Shown: in pieces, positions 18,610-26,638 of the stretch | Position numbering within the stretch: the first letter of the stretch is position 1 | Layout: the number at the start of each line of letters is the position of its first letter | From: Candidatus Fermentibacterota bacterium | GTDB taxonomy: Bacteria > Fermentibacterota > Fermentibacteria > Fermentibacterales > Fermentibacteraceae | Length of the DNA stretch: 64,000 nt | Direction of reading: 5' to 3' | NCBI GenBank assembly: GCA_963718745.1 | Contig: OY970370.1 | Location: 1,402,785-1,466,784, forward strand | Position numbers and translations under genes: made by a program | Notes under the pieces: model-generated | Databases searched by the model: none | What the model was told of the DNA's origin: nothing | The model's input: the letters and a program-made list of their open reading frames with translations, nothing else

Positions 18610-20160
18610 TCAGAACTTGACTACGCGGAGGGTCTCCGTGGCTTCGGGCGAGCTCAGCCGGACGATGTAGACTCCGGTCGGGACATCGGCCTGCCACGCT
18701 ACGTCGTGATGGCCCGGAGCCATCCTGCCGGAGGCGATAGTCGAGACGCTGCGTCCGGCTAGGTCCATGACCGAGAGCACTACTTCGGTGTCGACGGCCA
18801 GGTCGAAACCGAACAGGGCCGACCCGGAGACCGGGTTCGCCGAACAGACCAGGTTGCCGGTGGCTCCGACCAGGCTCGACTCGTCCTCGATGCCGGTGGT
18901 TATCATCCCGCCGAGGTAGTAGATGTCGCCGCTTCCCGCAGGGTCTTCGGCGTACTGGGGATGCTCCTGGCCGCTGACCGCATATGCGTCCCATGCCAGT
19001 GCGCAGTCTGCAGCCTCTCCGTAGCTGACGAAGCCGTCACTGTTCAGGTCGGGATTCCCGGGCAGGGCACCACCGGGGTAGGATCCGCCCGCGGGGACGG
19101 AACCGTGCATCGCGCCGACCCACCAGTAGGCCCATTCATCGTACTGCGGATAGGTCGTCCCGGCCCAGGAGGACTCGTAACCGTTCGCGGCCGACGCGAA
19201 AGTGCGCGGCTGCCCGGCCGTAGTCGGTACGGTCTCCAGCAGGAACCCGCCGGAGTAGCACTGTTCCATCGCAACATTCATGGAAAGCGTTGGGAACGCG
19301 TTGATCCAGGTGTCGTATGCGTCGTCGGCCCAGGTCTGCGTGTTCCAGAGGTTCAGATACGCCTCGGGCGGGAGATCGAGGCCGCTCTTGCCGCTTCCGC
19401 CGTGATCGGTCGTGAAGATGAAGAGGTGGTCGTCGGCTCCCGCGAGCGACTGCAGCTGGGTGTAGGCGCTGTAGATGCCGCCAACGGTGGCGTCGTAGTC
19501 GAAGTCGGCAGTCCCGTTGCCGTCCAGGTCGGGATTGGAGTTCTGGCCCGAGGAGTTGTCGACCGCGGGGTTCAGTCCGTCGGCGAAGCAGATGACGATG
19601 TGGTCGTTGTCGTAGCCGTAGTCCTGGGTCAGGGTCAGATAGAGGAACTGAACGTCGCCGTAATAGCGGATGTGGTTGTTGCTAGAGTTGTAGCCGCCGG
19701 AGATGATCCAGGCGTAGTTGTTCTCGGGTGCGTTGCCGCTCCTGGGGTTCGGGGTGAACCACTCCATGAGGCTCTGGTCACCTGCGCCGACGCCCGAGGG
19801 AAGGTCGGCGCGATAGAGCGCCATCCTCTCTAGGGCGTTAGGAGGGGTGTTCATGTCGAATATCCCGAGCGTACCGTCGAAAGAGACGAAGATCCAGCGG
19901 CAGGGATGCTCCCAGTTGGCCAGGGCCATGTCGTCGATGAGCACCAAGTATCCATCGAAGGGGCTGGCAACCGTCCCGTGCCAGGAATCGATGCCCTGGC
20001 CGGTGGAGACCTCCTGCGGGAGGTAGTAGACGGCCTTCCCCGCGTGATCCGCAGACAGCAGCTCATCGTAGACCAGTCCGGCAGCCTGCTCCGGACCGGT
20101 CACCGTGACCGCGGTCGACGCCCCGCAGAGAACCGCAGCGACACAAAGAACAATCTTCAA
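18610..20160 (-). CDS. secreted legumain-like (peptidase C13 / clan CD) protein with T9SS-type C-terminal sorting domain, copy 1
   Basis: TTG 20160 lies 5 nt after GGAGGAAG, giving signal peptide KIVLCVAAVLCGAST. His-Gly motif FIFTTDHGG and Cys motif MEQCYSGGF. D-rich loop NPDLDGNGTADFDYD. The C-terminal ~85 aa resemble a T9SS/FlgD-Ig-like CTD (VYIVRLSSPEATETLRVVKF). Confidence 0.75.
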   Translation of the reverse strand: MKIVLCVAAVLCGASTAVTVTGPEQAAGLVYDELLSADHAGKAVYYLPQEVSTGQGIDSWHGTVASPFDGYLVLIDDMALANWEHPCRWIFVSFDGTLGIFDMNTPPNALERMALYRADLPSGVGAGDQSLMEWFTPNPRSGNAPENNYAWIISGGYNSSNNHIRYYGDVQFLYLTLTQDYGYDNDHIVICFADGLNPAVDNSSGQNSNPDLDGNGTADFDYDATVGGIYSAYTQLQSLAGADDHLFIFTTDHGGSGKSGLDLPPEAYLNLWNTQTWADDAYDTWINAFPTLSMNVAMEQCYSGGFLLETVPTTAGQPRTFASAANGYESSWAGTTYPQYDEWAYWWVGAMHGSVPAGGSYPGGALPGNPDLNSDGFVSYGEAADCALAWDAYAVSGQEHPQYAEDPAGSGDIYYLGGMITTGIEDESSLVGATGNLVCSANPVSGSALFGFDLAVDTEVVLSVMDLAGRSVSTIASGRMAPGHHDVAWQADVPTGVYIVRLSSPEATETLRVVKF

Positions 20161-20264
20161 GATCTTCCTCCGTTCGATGATCCGGATCGGATCGGGTGCA
20201 TTCCTGTTCACCGGCCGGCAGCGGGCTGTTCGCCCGGTTCCGGCCCGACAACATGTTCCGATTG

Positions 20265-20292
20265 AATATAGCCCCTGCCGTTCCGGCAACAA
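20265..20292 (-). promoter_or_regulatory. candidate promoter of C13 copy 1 (TTGTTG-16 nt-TATATT on minus strand)
   Basis: AATATA at 20265-20270 and CAACAA at 20287-20292 on the plus strand. A matching TATATTC element sits at the same distance (~100 nt) upstream of copy 2. Confidence 0.3.
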
Positions 20293-20458
20293 CGGCGGGC
20301 ACTGGCTTCAGTGGTGCAGTGACGCCGGGTCGACGGGATGAGGATGCCTGGATGGGCGGTTCGATCCGCCTCCGTCATGCATCATCGATGAGTTCGGGTT
20401 GTTGAGGATGGTTCGGCAAAGGACGGCCCGATCAGGCGGCCTGACCCCGTTACATGAA

Positions 20459-20486
20459 GGAGGGCGGACCTCGCGGCCCGCCCTCC
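20459..20486 (-). terminator. GC-rich hairpin after C13 copy 2
   Basis: GGAGGGCGG ... CCGCCCTCC, a 9-bp stem plus 2 inner pairs with loop TCGC, 20 nt past the stop. Confidence 0.45.
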
Positions 20487-20505
20487 CTGATGCCCGGTCA
20501 GGTTT

Positions 20506-22050
20506 CTAGAACTTCACAAGGCGCATGGTCTCGGTGGCTTCGGGGCTGGAGAAGCGGATGATGTAAACGCCCGTCGGCACTTCAGCCTGCCAGGGGACAT
20601 CGTGGCTGCCCGCCGCCATGGGGCCGTCCGCCAGGGTGGCGACGCGCCTTCCGGCGAGGTCGAGCACCTCGAGGGTGACGTTCGTCTGGGAGGCCAGCTC
20701 GAAGCTTATGGCGGCCGCACCGACGAACGGGTTGGAGGAGCAGGACAGGTCGACGCCGGGGCCCGTGAGGCCCGATCCGTCCTCGATGCCTGTCGTGATC
20801 ATCCCGCCGAGGTAGTAGATGTCGCCGCAGCTCGAGGGATCGTCATCGTACTGGGGATGTTCCTGGCCGCTGACCGCATATGCGTCCCAGGCCAGGGCGC
20901 GGTCGGCCGCCTCGCCGTAGCTCACGAACCCGTCGCTGTTCAGGTCGGGGTCGCCGGGCAGGGCGCCGCCGGGGTAGGATCCGGCGGGGGGGACGGAGCC
21001 GTGCATCGCGCCGGTCCACCAGTAGCACCACTCGTCATACTCGGGGTACGTCGCTCCGGCCCAGGAGGACTCGTTGCCGTTTGCGGCGGATGCGAACGTC
21101 CTGGGCTGACCACCCGTCGTCGGGACGGTCTCGGCCAGGAAGCCGCCGGAGTAGCACTGCTCCATCGCGACATGCATGGAAGCGGCGGGGATGGCGTCGA
21201 TCCAGCCGTCGTACGTGTCGTCGTTCAGGGTCGAGTTCCAGAGGTTCAGAGTCGCCTCGGGCGGCAGATCCAGGCCGGACTTGCCCGAACCGCCGTGGTC
21301 GGTCGTGAAGATGAAGAGATGGTCGTCGGAGCCGACCAGGCTGACGATGTCGTTGTAGCCGCTTGTGACGCCCGTTGTGGTGGCGTCGTAGTCGAAGTCG
21401 GTGTCTCCGTCGAGGTCGAGGTCGGGATTCGAGTTCACGCCGCCGGACTGGTCGATGGCGGGATTGAGACCGTCGGCGAAGCAGATCACGATGTGGTCGT
21501 TCTCATAGCCGTAGTCCTGGGTCAGCGTCAGGTAGAGGAACTGCACGTCGCCATAGTAGCGCTCGTGGTTGTTCGACTGGTTCGCGCCGCCCGAGATGAT
21601 CCAGGCGTAGTTGTTCTCGGGGGCGTTGCCGCCCATGGGATTCGGGGTAAACCATTCAAGAAGGCTCTGTCCGGCCCCGTCGCTCACCGGGAGGTCGGAG
21701 CGGTAGACGGTGAGCCTTTCGAGGCTGTTCGGGGGGGTGGTCATGTCGACCACATGAATCACGCCTTCGAGGGATACGAACACCCAGCGGCAGGGATGCT
21801 CCCAGTTGGCCAGGGCCATGTCGTCCACGAGGACGAGGTATCCGGCAAACGGGCTGACGGCGGTGTCGTGCCAGGTGTCGACCGCCTGGCCCTCGGACAG
21901 CAGGGCGGGCAGGTAGTAGACGACCTTGCCGACATGGCTGTCCATCAGCAGCTGGTCGCAGACGAGGGCGGCGGCCTGCTCGGGGCTTGTAACTGAAACA
22001 GCCATGGATGCCCCGCAAAGGATGGACAGGATGCAGAGAGCGATCTTCAA
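20506..22050 (-). CDS. secreted legumain-like (peptidase C13 / clan CD) protein with T9SS-type C-terminal sorting domain, copy 2
   Basis: TTG 22050 lies 6 nt after GGAGGAA. Collinear with copy 1, and most positions are identical by eye. Same TDHGG and EQCYSGGF motifs. CTD ends VYIIRFSSPEATETMRLVKF. Confidence 0.75.
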   Translation of the reverse strand: MKIALCILSILCGASMAVSVTSPEQAAALVCDQLLMDSHVGKVVYYLPALLSEGQAVDTWHDTAVSPFAGYLVLVDDMALANWEHPCRWVFVSLEGVIHVVDMTTPPNSLERLTVYRSDLPVSDGAGQSLLEWFTPNPMGGNAPENNYAWIISGGANQSNNHERYYGDVQFLYLTLTQDYGYENDHIVICFADGLNPAIDQSGGVNSNPDLDLDGDTDFDYDATTTGVTSGYNDIVSLVGSDDHLFIFTTDHGGSGKSGLDLPPEATLNLWNSTLNDDTYDGWIDAIPAASMHVAMEQCYSGGFLAETVPTTGGQPRTFASAANGNESSWAGATYPEYDEWCYWWTGAMHGSVPPAGSYPGGALPGDPDLNSDGFVSYGEAADRALAWDAYAVSGQEHPQYDDDPSSCGDIYYLGGMITTGIEDGSGLTGPGVDLSCSSNPFVGAAAISFELASQTNVTLEVLDLAGRRVATLADGPMAAGSHDVPWQAEVPTGVYIIRFSSPEATETMRLVKF

Positions 22051-22095
22051 GGCATTCCTCCGTTCGGTGGACGCAACAGGTGCTTGCACGATGCG

Positions 22096-22132
22096 AAAAA
22101 AAGAACTCCGCAGATCGCGCAAAGGCGCGATC
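22096..22132 (-). promoter_or_regulatory. hairpin plus T7 run in the predicted leader of C13 copy 2 (terminator/attenuator-like)
   Basis: In minus-strand sense: GATCGCGC-CTTT-GCGCGATC (22132-22113), then 10 nt, then TTTTTTT (22102-22096). It ends ~45 nt before the TTG start. Confidence 0.35.
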
Positions 22133-22150
22133 CAACCCCCCAACTGCCGG

Positions 22151-22179
22151 AATATACCGCAGAGGTCGACCAGACCCAA
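22151..22179 (-). promoter_or_regulatory. candidate promoter of C13 copy 2 (TTGGGT-17 nt-TATATT on minus strand)
   Basis: AATATA at 22151-22156 and ACCCAA at 22174-22179 on the plus strand. Position parallels the copy 1 element. Confidence 0.3.
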
Positions 22180-22387
22180 TGGTCCGGGATGCCCCGGGGC
22201 CGACCATCGAACCGCTCTCCGCGGGGGCTCCCGGCTATATGGACACCTTCTGCACCCACATCTCTCCGGGAATCATCAGATCACCCGGGAAGGGATCGAG
22301 CCTGAGCAGGCGGCTTTCCTGAACGCTGCGGGATCGCAGCGAGTCAACGATGGGTGCGGATTCCCGGACGAGAGAGGTCTACACTCC

Positions 22388-23272
22388 TCAGCCCAGGTTC
22401 ATGAGCAGGAGAGCCACCATCGAGGCGGCGATGGCACACCACTCGAGCAGGGATCGCCTCTCGCCGAACACCAGGGAACCGGTGGTGCCGAGCACTGCGA
22501 TCGTCCCCGCGGAGAAGGCGCTGAACACCACGGGGGCTGGAATCCCGTCGAGAGCCCGCACGAGGAAGAACGACGCCAGCAGATTCGGGACACCGAGCAC
22601 CGCTCCGGCCAGGACCGACGTGCGGAAATGCCTGCTCCGCACCGAGGGGGGTGCCGTCACGAGGCACGAGACCAGCGCGGTCCCGAAGACGACCGACAGG
22701 AAGGCCCCTTCGGTTCCTGCAAGCGAATACTCCTGGAAGAGCTTGTTCGAGAACTCCGCCAGCCCTCCGGCGACGAAGAAGATCAAGAGAGGCGGTTTCA
22801 CCCTTCCGCCTCCGCGCGTGGATATGGCCCCCGCTGCGATTGCGAGCAGAGCGACCGCCATTCCGACAAGCCTCGTCCCGGAAGGCACCTCCGACCAGAT
22901 CAGCGCGGATGCCGCGACCGGCACGAGGACTCCCAGCTTGCCGAAGCCTGCCGTGAGTCCGACGCCGGCAGAAGACACGCTTTTCTGGTACCAGACGAGC
23001 CCCGCGAGGTAGAGGATCCCGGCCGGGACGCCCGCCATGACCGGCCAGGAATCTGAGGGAAAGGAGAAGGAGATCCGGGGGATCTCTCCTGGGAGAGCCC
23101 GGACGGCCGTAAGCAGGCTGCCCGGTGTACCGGGGAGGAACAGGCCGGCAAGGAGGGCTGTGAGGTAGTTGGACGCGGTGACGGCCTTCCTGTCCAGCCT
23201 CCGACCTTCGCTCCATCTGATGACGAGCCCGATTGCCGAGCTGCAGGCGATTGCCAGGAGAAGATCGACCAA
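22388..23272 (-). CDS. polytopic membrane protein, DMT/EamA-like transporter
   Basis: TTG start after GGAGGT. About 10 hydrophobic segments in two similar halves. The family call is by architecture only. Confidence 0.6.
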   Translation of the reverse strand: MVDLLLAIACSSAIGLVIRWSEGRRLDRKAVTASNYLTALLAGLFLPGTPGSLLTAVRALPGEIPRISFSFPSDSWPVMAGVPAGILYLAGLVWYQKSVSSAGVGLTAGFGKLGVLVPVAASALIWSEVPSGTRLVGMAVALLAIAAGAISTRGGGRVKPPLLIFFVAGGLAEFSNKLFQEYSLAGTEGAFLSVVFGTALVSCLVTAPPSVRSRHFRTSVLAGAVLGVPNLLASFFLVRALDGIPAPVVFSAFSAGTIAVLGTTGSLVFGERRSLLEWCAIAASMVALLLMNLG

Positions 23273-23342
23273 GCGTACCTCCTGATCGATGACTATATGG
23301 ATTTGCAGCCGATCAGACCTCCTCTCAATTTAGAAACGAATC

Positions 23343-23370
23343 TTGACATATTAGAAAGATTCCTTATCAT
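23343..23370 (+). promoter_or_regulatory. candidate sigma70-type promoter (TTGACA-16 nt-TATCAT) for the SHOCT-like/DUF2089 operon
   Basis: Lies in an AT-rich divergent spacer. Followed by the small palindrome ATTAT-G-ATAAT (23369-23379). Confidence 0.4.
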
Positions 23371-23416
23371 TATGATAATCCCGGACGCCGGGATGGGTAA
23401 CAAGAAAGGAAGAATC

Positions 23417-24340
23417 ATGAGCGAAGAGAAGAAGGAAGTCCTCAGGATGCTCTCGGAGGGCATCATAGACGTCGACGGAGCCGAGAGACTCCTCGCCGCG
23501 CTCGACAAGGCAGCGGCAACTGACGCGGGACATGGCTCCAGGCAGAGGTACGCGAGGCCTTCAGGGGCTCCGAAGACCCTGCTCGCAGAAGCGATGGACT
23601 CGATCCGGGAGACGATATCCGGAATCGGTCCCGCGGTAAGGCTGGCAATCAACGAAGACGGGCCGGAGGATTTCGAATCCGACGAGGGTCTCTCCGGACA
23701 CGGCGTGGAGATCGACCTCGGCGAAGGTGGTTTCCCGGTCGAGAAGGGCGATCTGGTGAAGGTCGTATCCCTCGGCAGGAAGTCGGCGGGGGACCTCACG
23801 GTCGAGTGCCTCGGTGACGGCGGGGCGACCGTGTCACCATCGGCAGACGTCAGGGCGTTCAGGGATGGTGACGAGATCCTGCTGCTCTGGAAGAAGGGCG
23901 ATCTCGCCCTCGTACTCCCCGAAGGCACCGGATCTCTGAAGGCGCGTTCCCGGGGGGGCAGCATCACCGTCACCGGGACTCCCTTCCCCGTGTCGATCAA
24001 GACGATGGGCGGAAACCTGAGCCTGATCGACGTGAGCGGGCCGTTCCACGCGAAGACCATGGGCGGCAACATGAAGCTCGGCCTGAAGGGATCCGCTTCG
24101 GGCAGCTCCTCCGCGACTACGATGGGCGGAAACATCGAGATCGGGCTGGATCCGGAGGCGCGTGCCTCTCTCGGGCTCGAGCTCGAGACGATGGGCGGCA
24201 GGATAACGGGCGACGTGCGCGGATCCTCTGGCGGAATGCCCGGCAGGGCCTCGTACAGGACCGGCGAGGACCGGCCGCACCAGCTCAAGGCCAGGACGAT
24301 GGGCGGCGACATCATCACGAGCGGAGGAAGCGATGCGTAA
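23417..24340 (+). CDS. YvlB/LiaX-type SHOCT-like N-terminal domain protein with DUF4097-like beta-helix repeats
   Basis: ATG 23417 after AAGAAAGGAAG. N-terminus MSEEKKEVLRMLSEGIIDVDGAERLLAAL. Five TMGG[NRD][LMI] repeats in the C-terminal half. Confidence 0.7.
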   Translation: MSEEKKEVLRMLSEGIIDVDGAERLLAALDKAAATDAGHGSRQRYARPSGAPKTLLAEAMDSIRETISGIGPAVRLAINEDGPEDFESDEGLSGHGVEIDLGEGGFPVEKGDLVKVVSLGRKSAGDLTVECLGDGGATVSPSADVRAFRDGDEILLLWKKGDLALVLPEGTGSLKARSRGGSITVTGTPFPVSIKTMGGNLSLIDVSGPFHAKTMGGNMKLGLKGSASGSSSATTMGGNIEIGLDPEARASLGLELETMGGRITGDVRGSSGGMPGRASYRTGEDRPHQLKARTMGGDIITSGGSDA

Positions 24341-24701
24341 TCCGCCGCTCCCCCCGAGGTGTCCATCCTGCTCGGACCTGCTCGTGGTGACCAGGCTGGT
24401 CTGTCCTTCCTGCGGGTCCGAGATCACGGGAGAGTTCGACCCCTGCCCGGCCTGCACCCTCGAAGGCGAACAGCGGAGGATCTTCGATTCGTTCCTGTCC
24501 TCGCGGGGCAATCTCCGGGAGGTGCAGAGGATCCTGGGCGTCTCGTACCCCACGGCGCGCCTCAGGATGGAGGAGGTCTTCAGGTCGCTGGAGCAGGCCT
24601 GGGAGCGCGAAAAGCCTGAACCGACAAGCATTCTCACACGTCTCAGATCGGGAGATATCGACCTGGACGAAGCTCTGCGCCTTCTTGGCGGCGATGCCTG
24701 A
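24333..24701 (+). CDS. DUF2089 domain protein (zinc ribbon plus HTH)
   Basis: CPSC...VVTRLVCPSCGSEITGEF followed by RGNLREVQRILGVSYPTARLRMEEV. 8-nt overlap with the upstream gene. Confidence 0.8.
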   Translation: MRNPPLPPRCPSCSDLLVVTRLVCPSCGSEITGEFDPCPACTLEGEQRRIFDSFLSSRGNLREVQRILGVSYPTARLRMEEVFRSLEQAWEREKPEPTSILTRLRSGDIDLDEALRLLGGDA

Positions 24702-24733
24702 AGCTATCCCGATGAAGGAGCCTGCATTGCCTC

Positions 24734-24762
24734 TTGACGCAGGCGCACGGACAGATGAGAAT
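24734..24762 (+). promoter_or_regulatory. candidate sigma70-type promoter (TTGACG-17 nt-GAGAAT) for the RRM protein gene
   Basis: Hexamers read directly. Would give a ~300-nt leader before ATG 25066. Confidence 0.35.
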
Positions 24763-25065
24763 CATTCTGCTCGAGGCGGGGGCTTCGAGCTGGATGTGGT
24801 TCCGGGGCTTGCCCGGATGGGTTCACGGTTCGGAAAGAGAGCCTGGTCCTATTATCCTCTGTGTCTTTTCAAGACCTGCTGCCCGCCGCGCGTTCTCACC
24901 CCGCAGTTCTGGTTTCTCGTCAAGACTCGCAAGGATGGATGGCTTCGCGCATGTCGCGACGCTGTCCGGGCCGCTCGTTTCGAGCACCTGCCGGATTCCC
25001 GGAAGGGTTGGACCTTCACCACGACCTCGTTCAACAGGGGTTTGACCCCGGAAAGGCAGGTGCTT

Positions 25066-25359
25066 ATGGGAAACAAACTGTTTATCGGCGGTCTAGCTTG
25101 GGCGACCACTGACATCACCCTCCGCGATGCGTTCGCGCCTCACGGGCAGGTTCGCGAGGCCCGGGTCGTCCTGGACAAGGAGACCGGGCGTTCCCGCGGA
25201 TTCGGCTTCGTGACCTTCGCTACGGAGGAGGAAGCCGCAAAGGCCAAGGATGCCATGAACGGCGCCATGATCGACGGCAGACCGGTGCGCGTAGACTTCT
25301 CGCAGGAGAAGGACAGGGGCGACAGGCCCCCGATGCGCAGGCCCGTCCGCAACGACTGA
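25066..25359 (+). CDS. RNA-binding protein with a single RRM domain
   Basis: MGNKLFIGGL (RNP2) and RGFGFVTF (RNP1). 97 aa with a short R/D-rich tail. Confidence 0.85.
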   Translation: MGNKLFIGGLAWATTDITLRDAFAPHGQVREARVVLDKETGRSRGFGFVTFATEEEAAKAKDAMNGAMIDGRPVRVDFSQEKDRGDRPPMRRPVRND

Positions 25360-25381
25360 CCGCCGGTAGACGACCGGATGG

Positions 25382-25408
25382 AGGGGGCGGGTCCCGGATC
25401 CGCCCCCT
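25382..25408 (+). terminator. GC-rich hairpin after the RRM gene
   Basis: AGGGGGCGG ... CCGCCCCCT, a 9-bp stem followed by TTCCCTT. Confidence 0.45.
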
Positions 25409-25444
25409 TCCCTTGAACTGATCGAGTCCGAACCCGGAGGCCGC

Positions 25445-26638
25445 ATGAGAGAGGGCAGGAAGCTGGCTGCGTTCCTCGGAATCGAGAGGAGCATCGCAGG
25501 ACTCCTCGCGATGGTCGTCCTCGTCGGTGCCGGCGAGCGCATGGCAGAGAGGTTCCTTCCCCTCTACCTCACGATACTCGGCGGAGGGGCCGTCTCGATC
25601 GGGCTGCTCGGTGGGATGGACAACCTCCTCTCGGCGCTCTACTCCCTTCCAGGAGCCTGGCTGGCCGAGAAACTCGGCCTCAAGAAGTCCCTGCTCCTCT
25701 TCAACGCCATCGCCATGGCAGGCTTCGCGCTCGTCATCGCCGTCCCCACCTGGGAGGCCGTCCTTGCGGCCTCGGCCCTGTTCCTCAGCTGGACTGCGAT
25801 ATCCCTGCCGGCGACGATGGCTCTGGTCGCGGAGGTGCTTCCAAAGTCGAAGAGGACCATGGGCGTATCGGTCCACTCCCTCGTCAGGCGGATACCCATG
25901 GCTCTCGGTCCGGTGATCGGAGGCTCCCTGATCGACTCCATGGGTGAGGCGAGGGGGATCAGAACGGCCTTCGTGGCTGCTTTCGCGATGGCCGGCCTGG
26001 CCGCCCTTCTCCAGCAGAGGCTGGTCAGATCGGACAGGGGTGCACCCGTCAGGGAGGGGAACCCCCTCAGGCTCATCCCGGCCATGTCTCCGGACCTGCG
26101 AAACCTTCTCGCTTCCGACATCCTGATAAGGTTCTGCGAACAGATCCCCTACTCCTTCGTCGTCATCTGGTGCATGAGGGTCACGCGGGCGGCCGGCGGC
26201 CTGGAGTTCGGCCTGCTGACCACGATCGAAATGGTCACGGCCATGCTCGTCTACATCCCTGTCGCCATACTGGCGGATCGCGCTGGCAAGAAGCCCTTCG
26301 TCGCGATGACCTTCGTCTTCTTCACGGCTTTCCCGCTGGCCCTGATGCACGCCAGGTCGCTCGAGGCCCTTGCGCTTGTCTTCGTCCTGAGGGGGCTCAA
26401 GGAGTTCGGAGAACCCTCCAGGAAGGCCCTGATCATGGACCTCGCCCCGGAGGGCAGGAAGGCCGGGATGTTCGGCGCATACTACCTGGTCAGGGATACC
26501 GTCGTATCGTTCGCAGCCTTCGGCGGCGCATTCCTCTGGCAGGTCTCCCCGGAGCTGAACCTGTACGTGGCGGCGTTCTTCGGCGCGGTCGGCACCGTCT
26601 GGTTCATCGCCAGGGGGCGGGCGCCGGTCCCCGGCTAG
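25445..26638 (+). CDS. MFS transporter
   Basis: 397 aa with ~12 hydrophobic segments and MFS-like loop motifs. Confidence 0.75.
   Translation: MREGRKLAAFLGIERSIAGLLAMVVLVGAGERMAERFLPLYLTILGGGAVSIGLLGGMDNLLSALYSLPGAWLAEKLGLKKSLLLFNAIAMAGFALVIAVPTWEAVLAASALFLSWTAISLPATMALVAEVLPKSKRTMGVSVHSLVRRIPMALGPVIGGSLIDSMGEARGIRTAFVAAFAMAGLAALLQQRLVRSDRGAPVREGNPLRLIPAMSPDLRNLLASDILIRFCEQIPYSFVVIWCMRVTRAAGGLEFGLLTTIEMVTAMLVYIPVAILADRAGKKPFVAMTFVFFTAFPLALMHARSLEALALVFVLRGLKEFGEPSRKALIMDLAPEGRKAGMFGAYYLVRDTVVSFAAFGGAFLWQVSPELNLYVAAFFGAVGTVWFIARGRAPVPG

Noticed and set aside
20161-20458. Small ORFs (for example 20196..20405) and possible ncRNA in the 345-nt spacer between the C13 paralogs
   Set aside because: No RBS, no motif, no convincing structure. 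The region is adequately explained as promoter plus leader of copy 1 and terminator of copy 2.
24685-25065. In-frame 127-aa N-terminal extension of the RRM protein
   Set aside because: The extension overlaps the DUF2089 gene end and contains a good promoter candidate inside it. Its sequence is not protein-like, and ATG 25066 gives a canonical RRM N-terminus (MGNKLFIGGL).
26635-26638. Convergent genes sharing overlapping stop codons in CTAG (also at 62412-62415)
   Set aside because: Two occurrences can easily be coincidence when TAG stops face each other. No further shared context.
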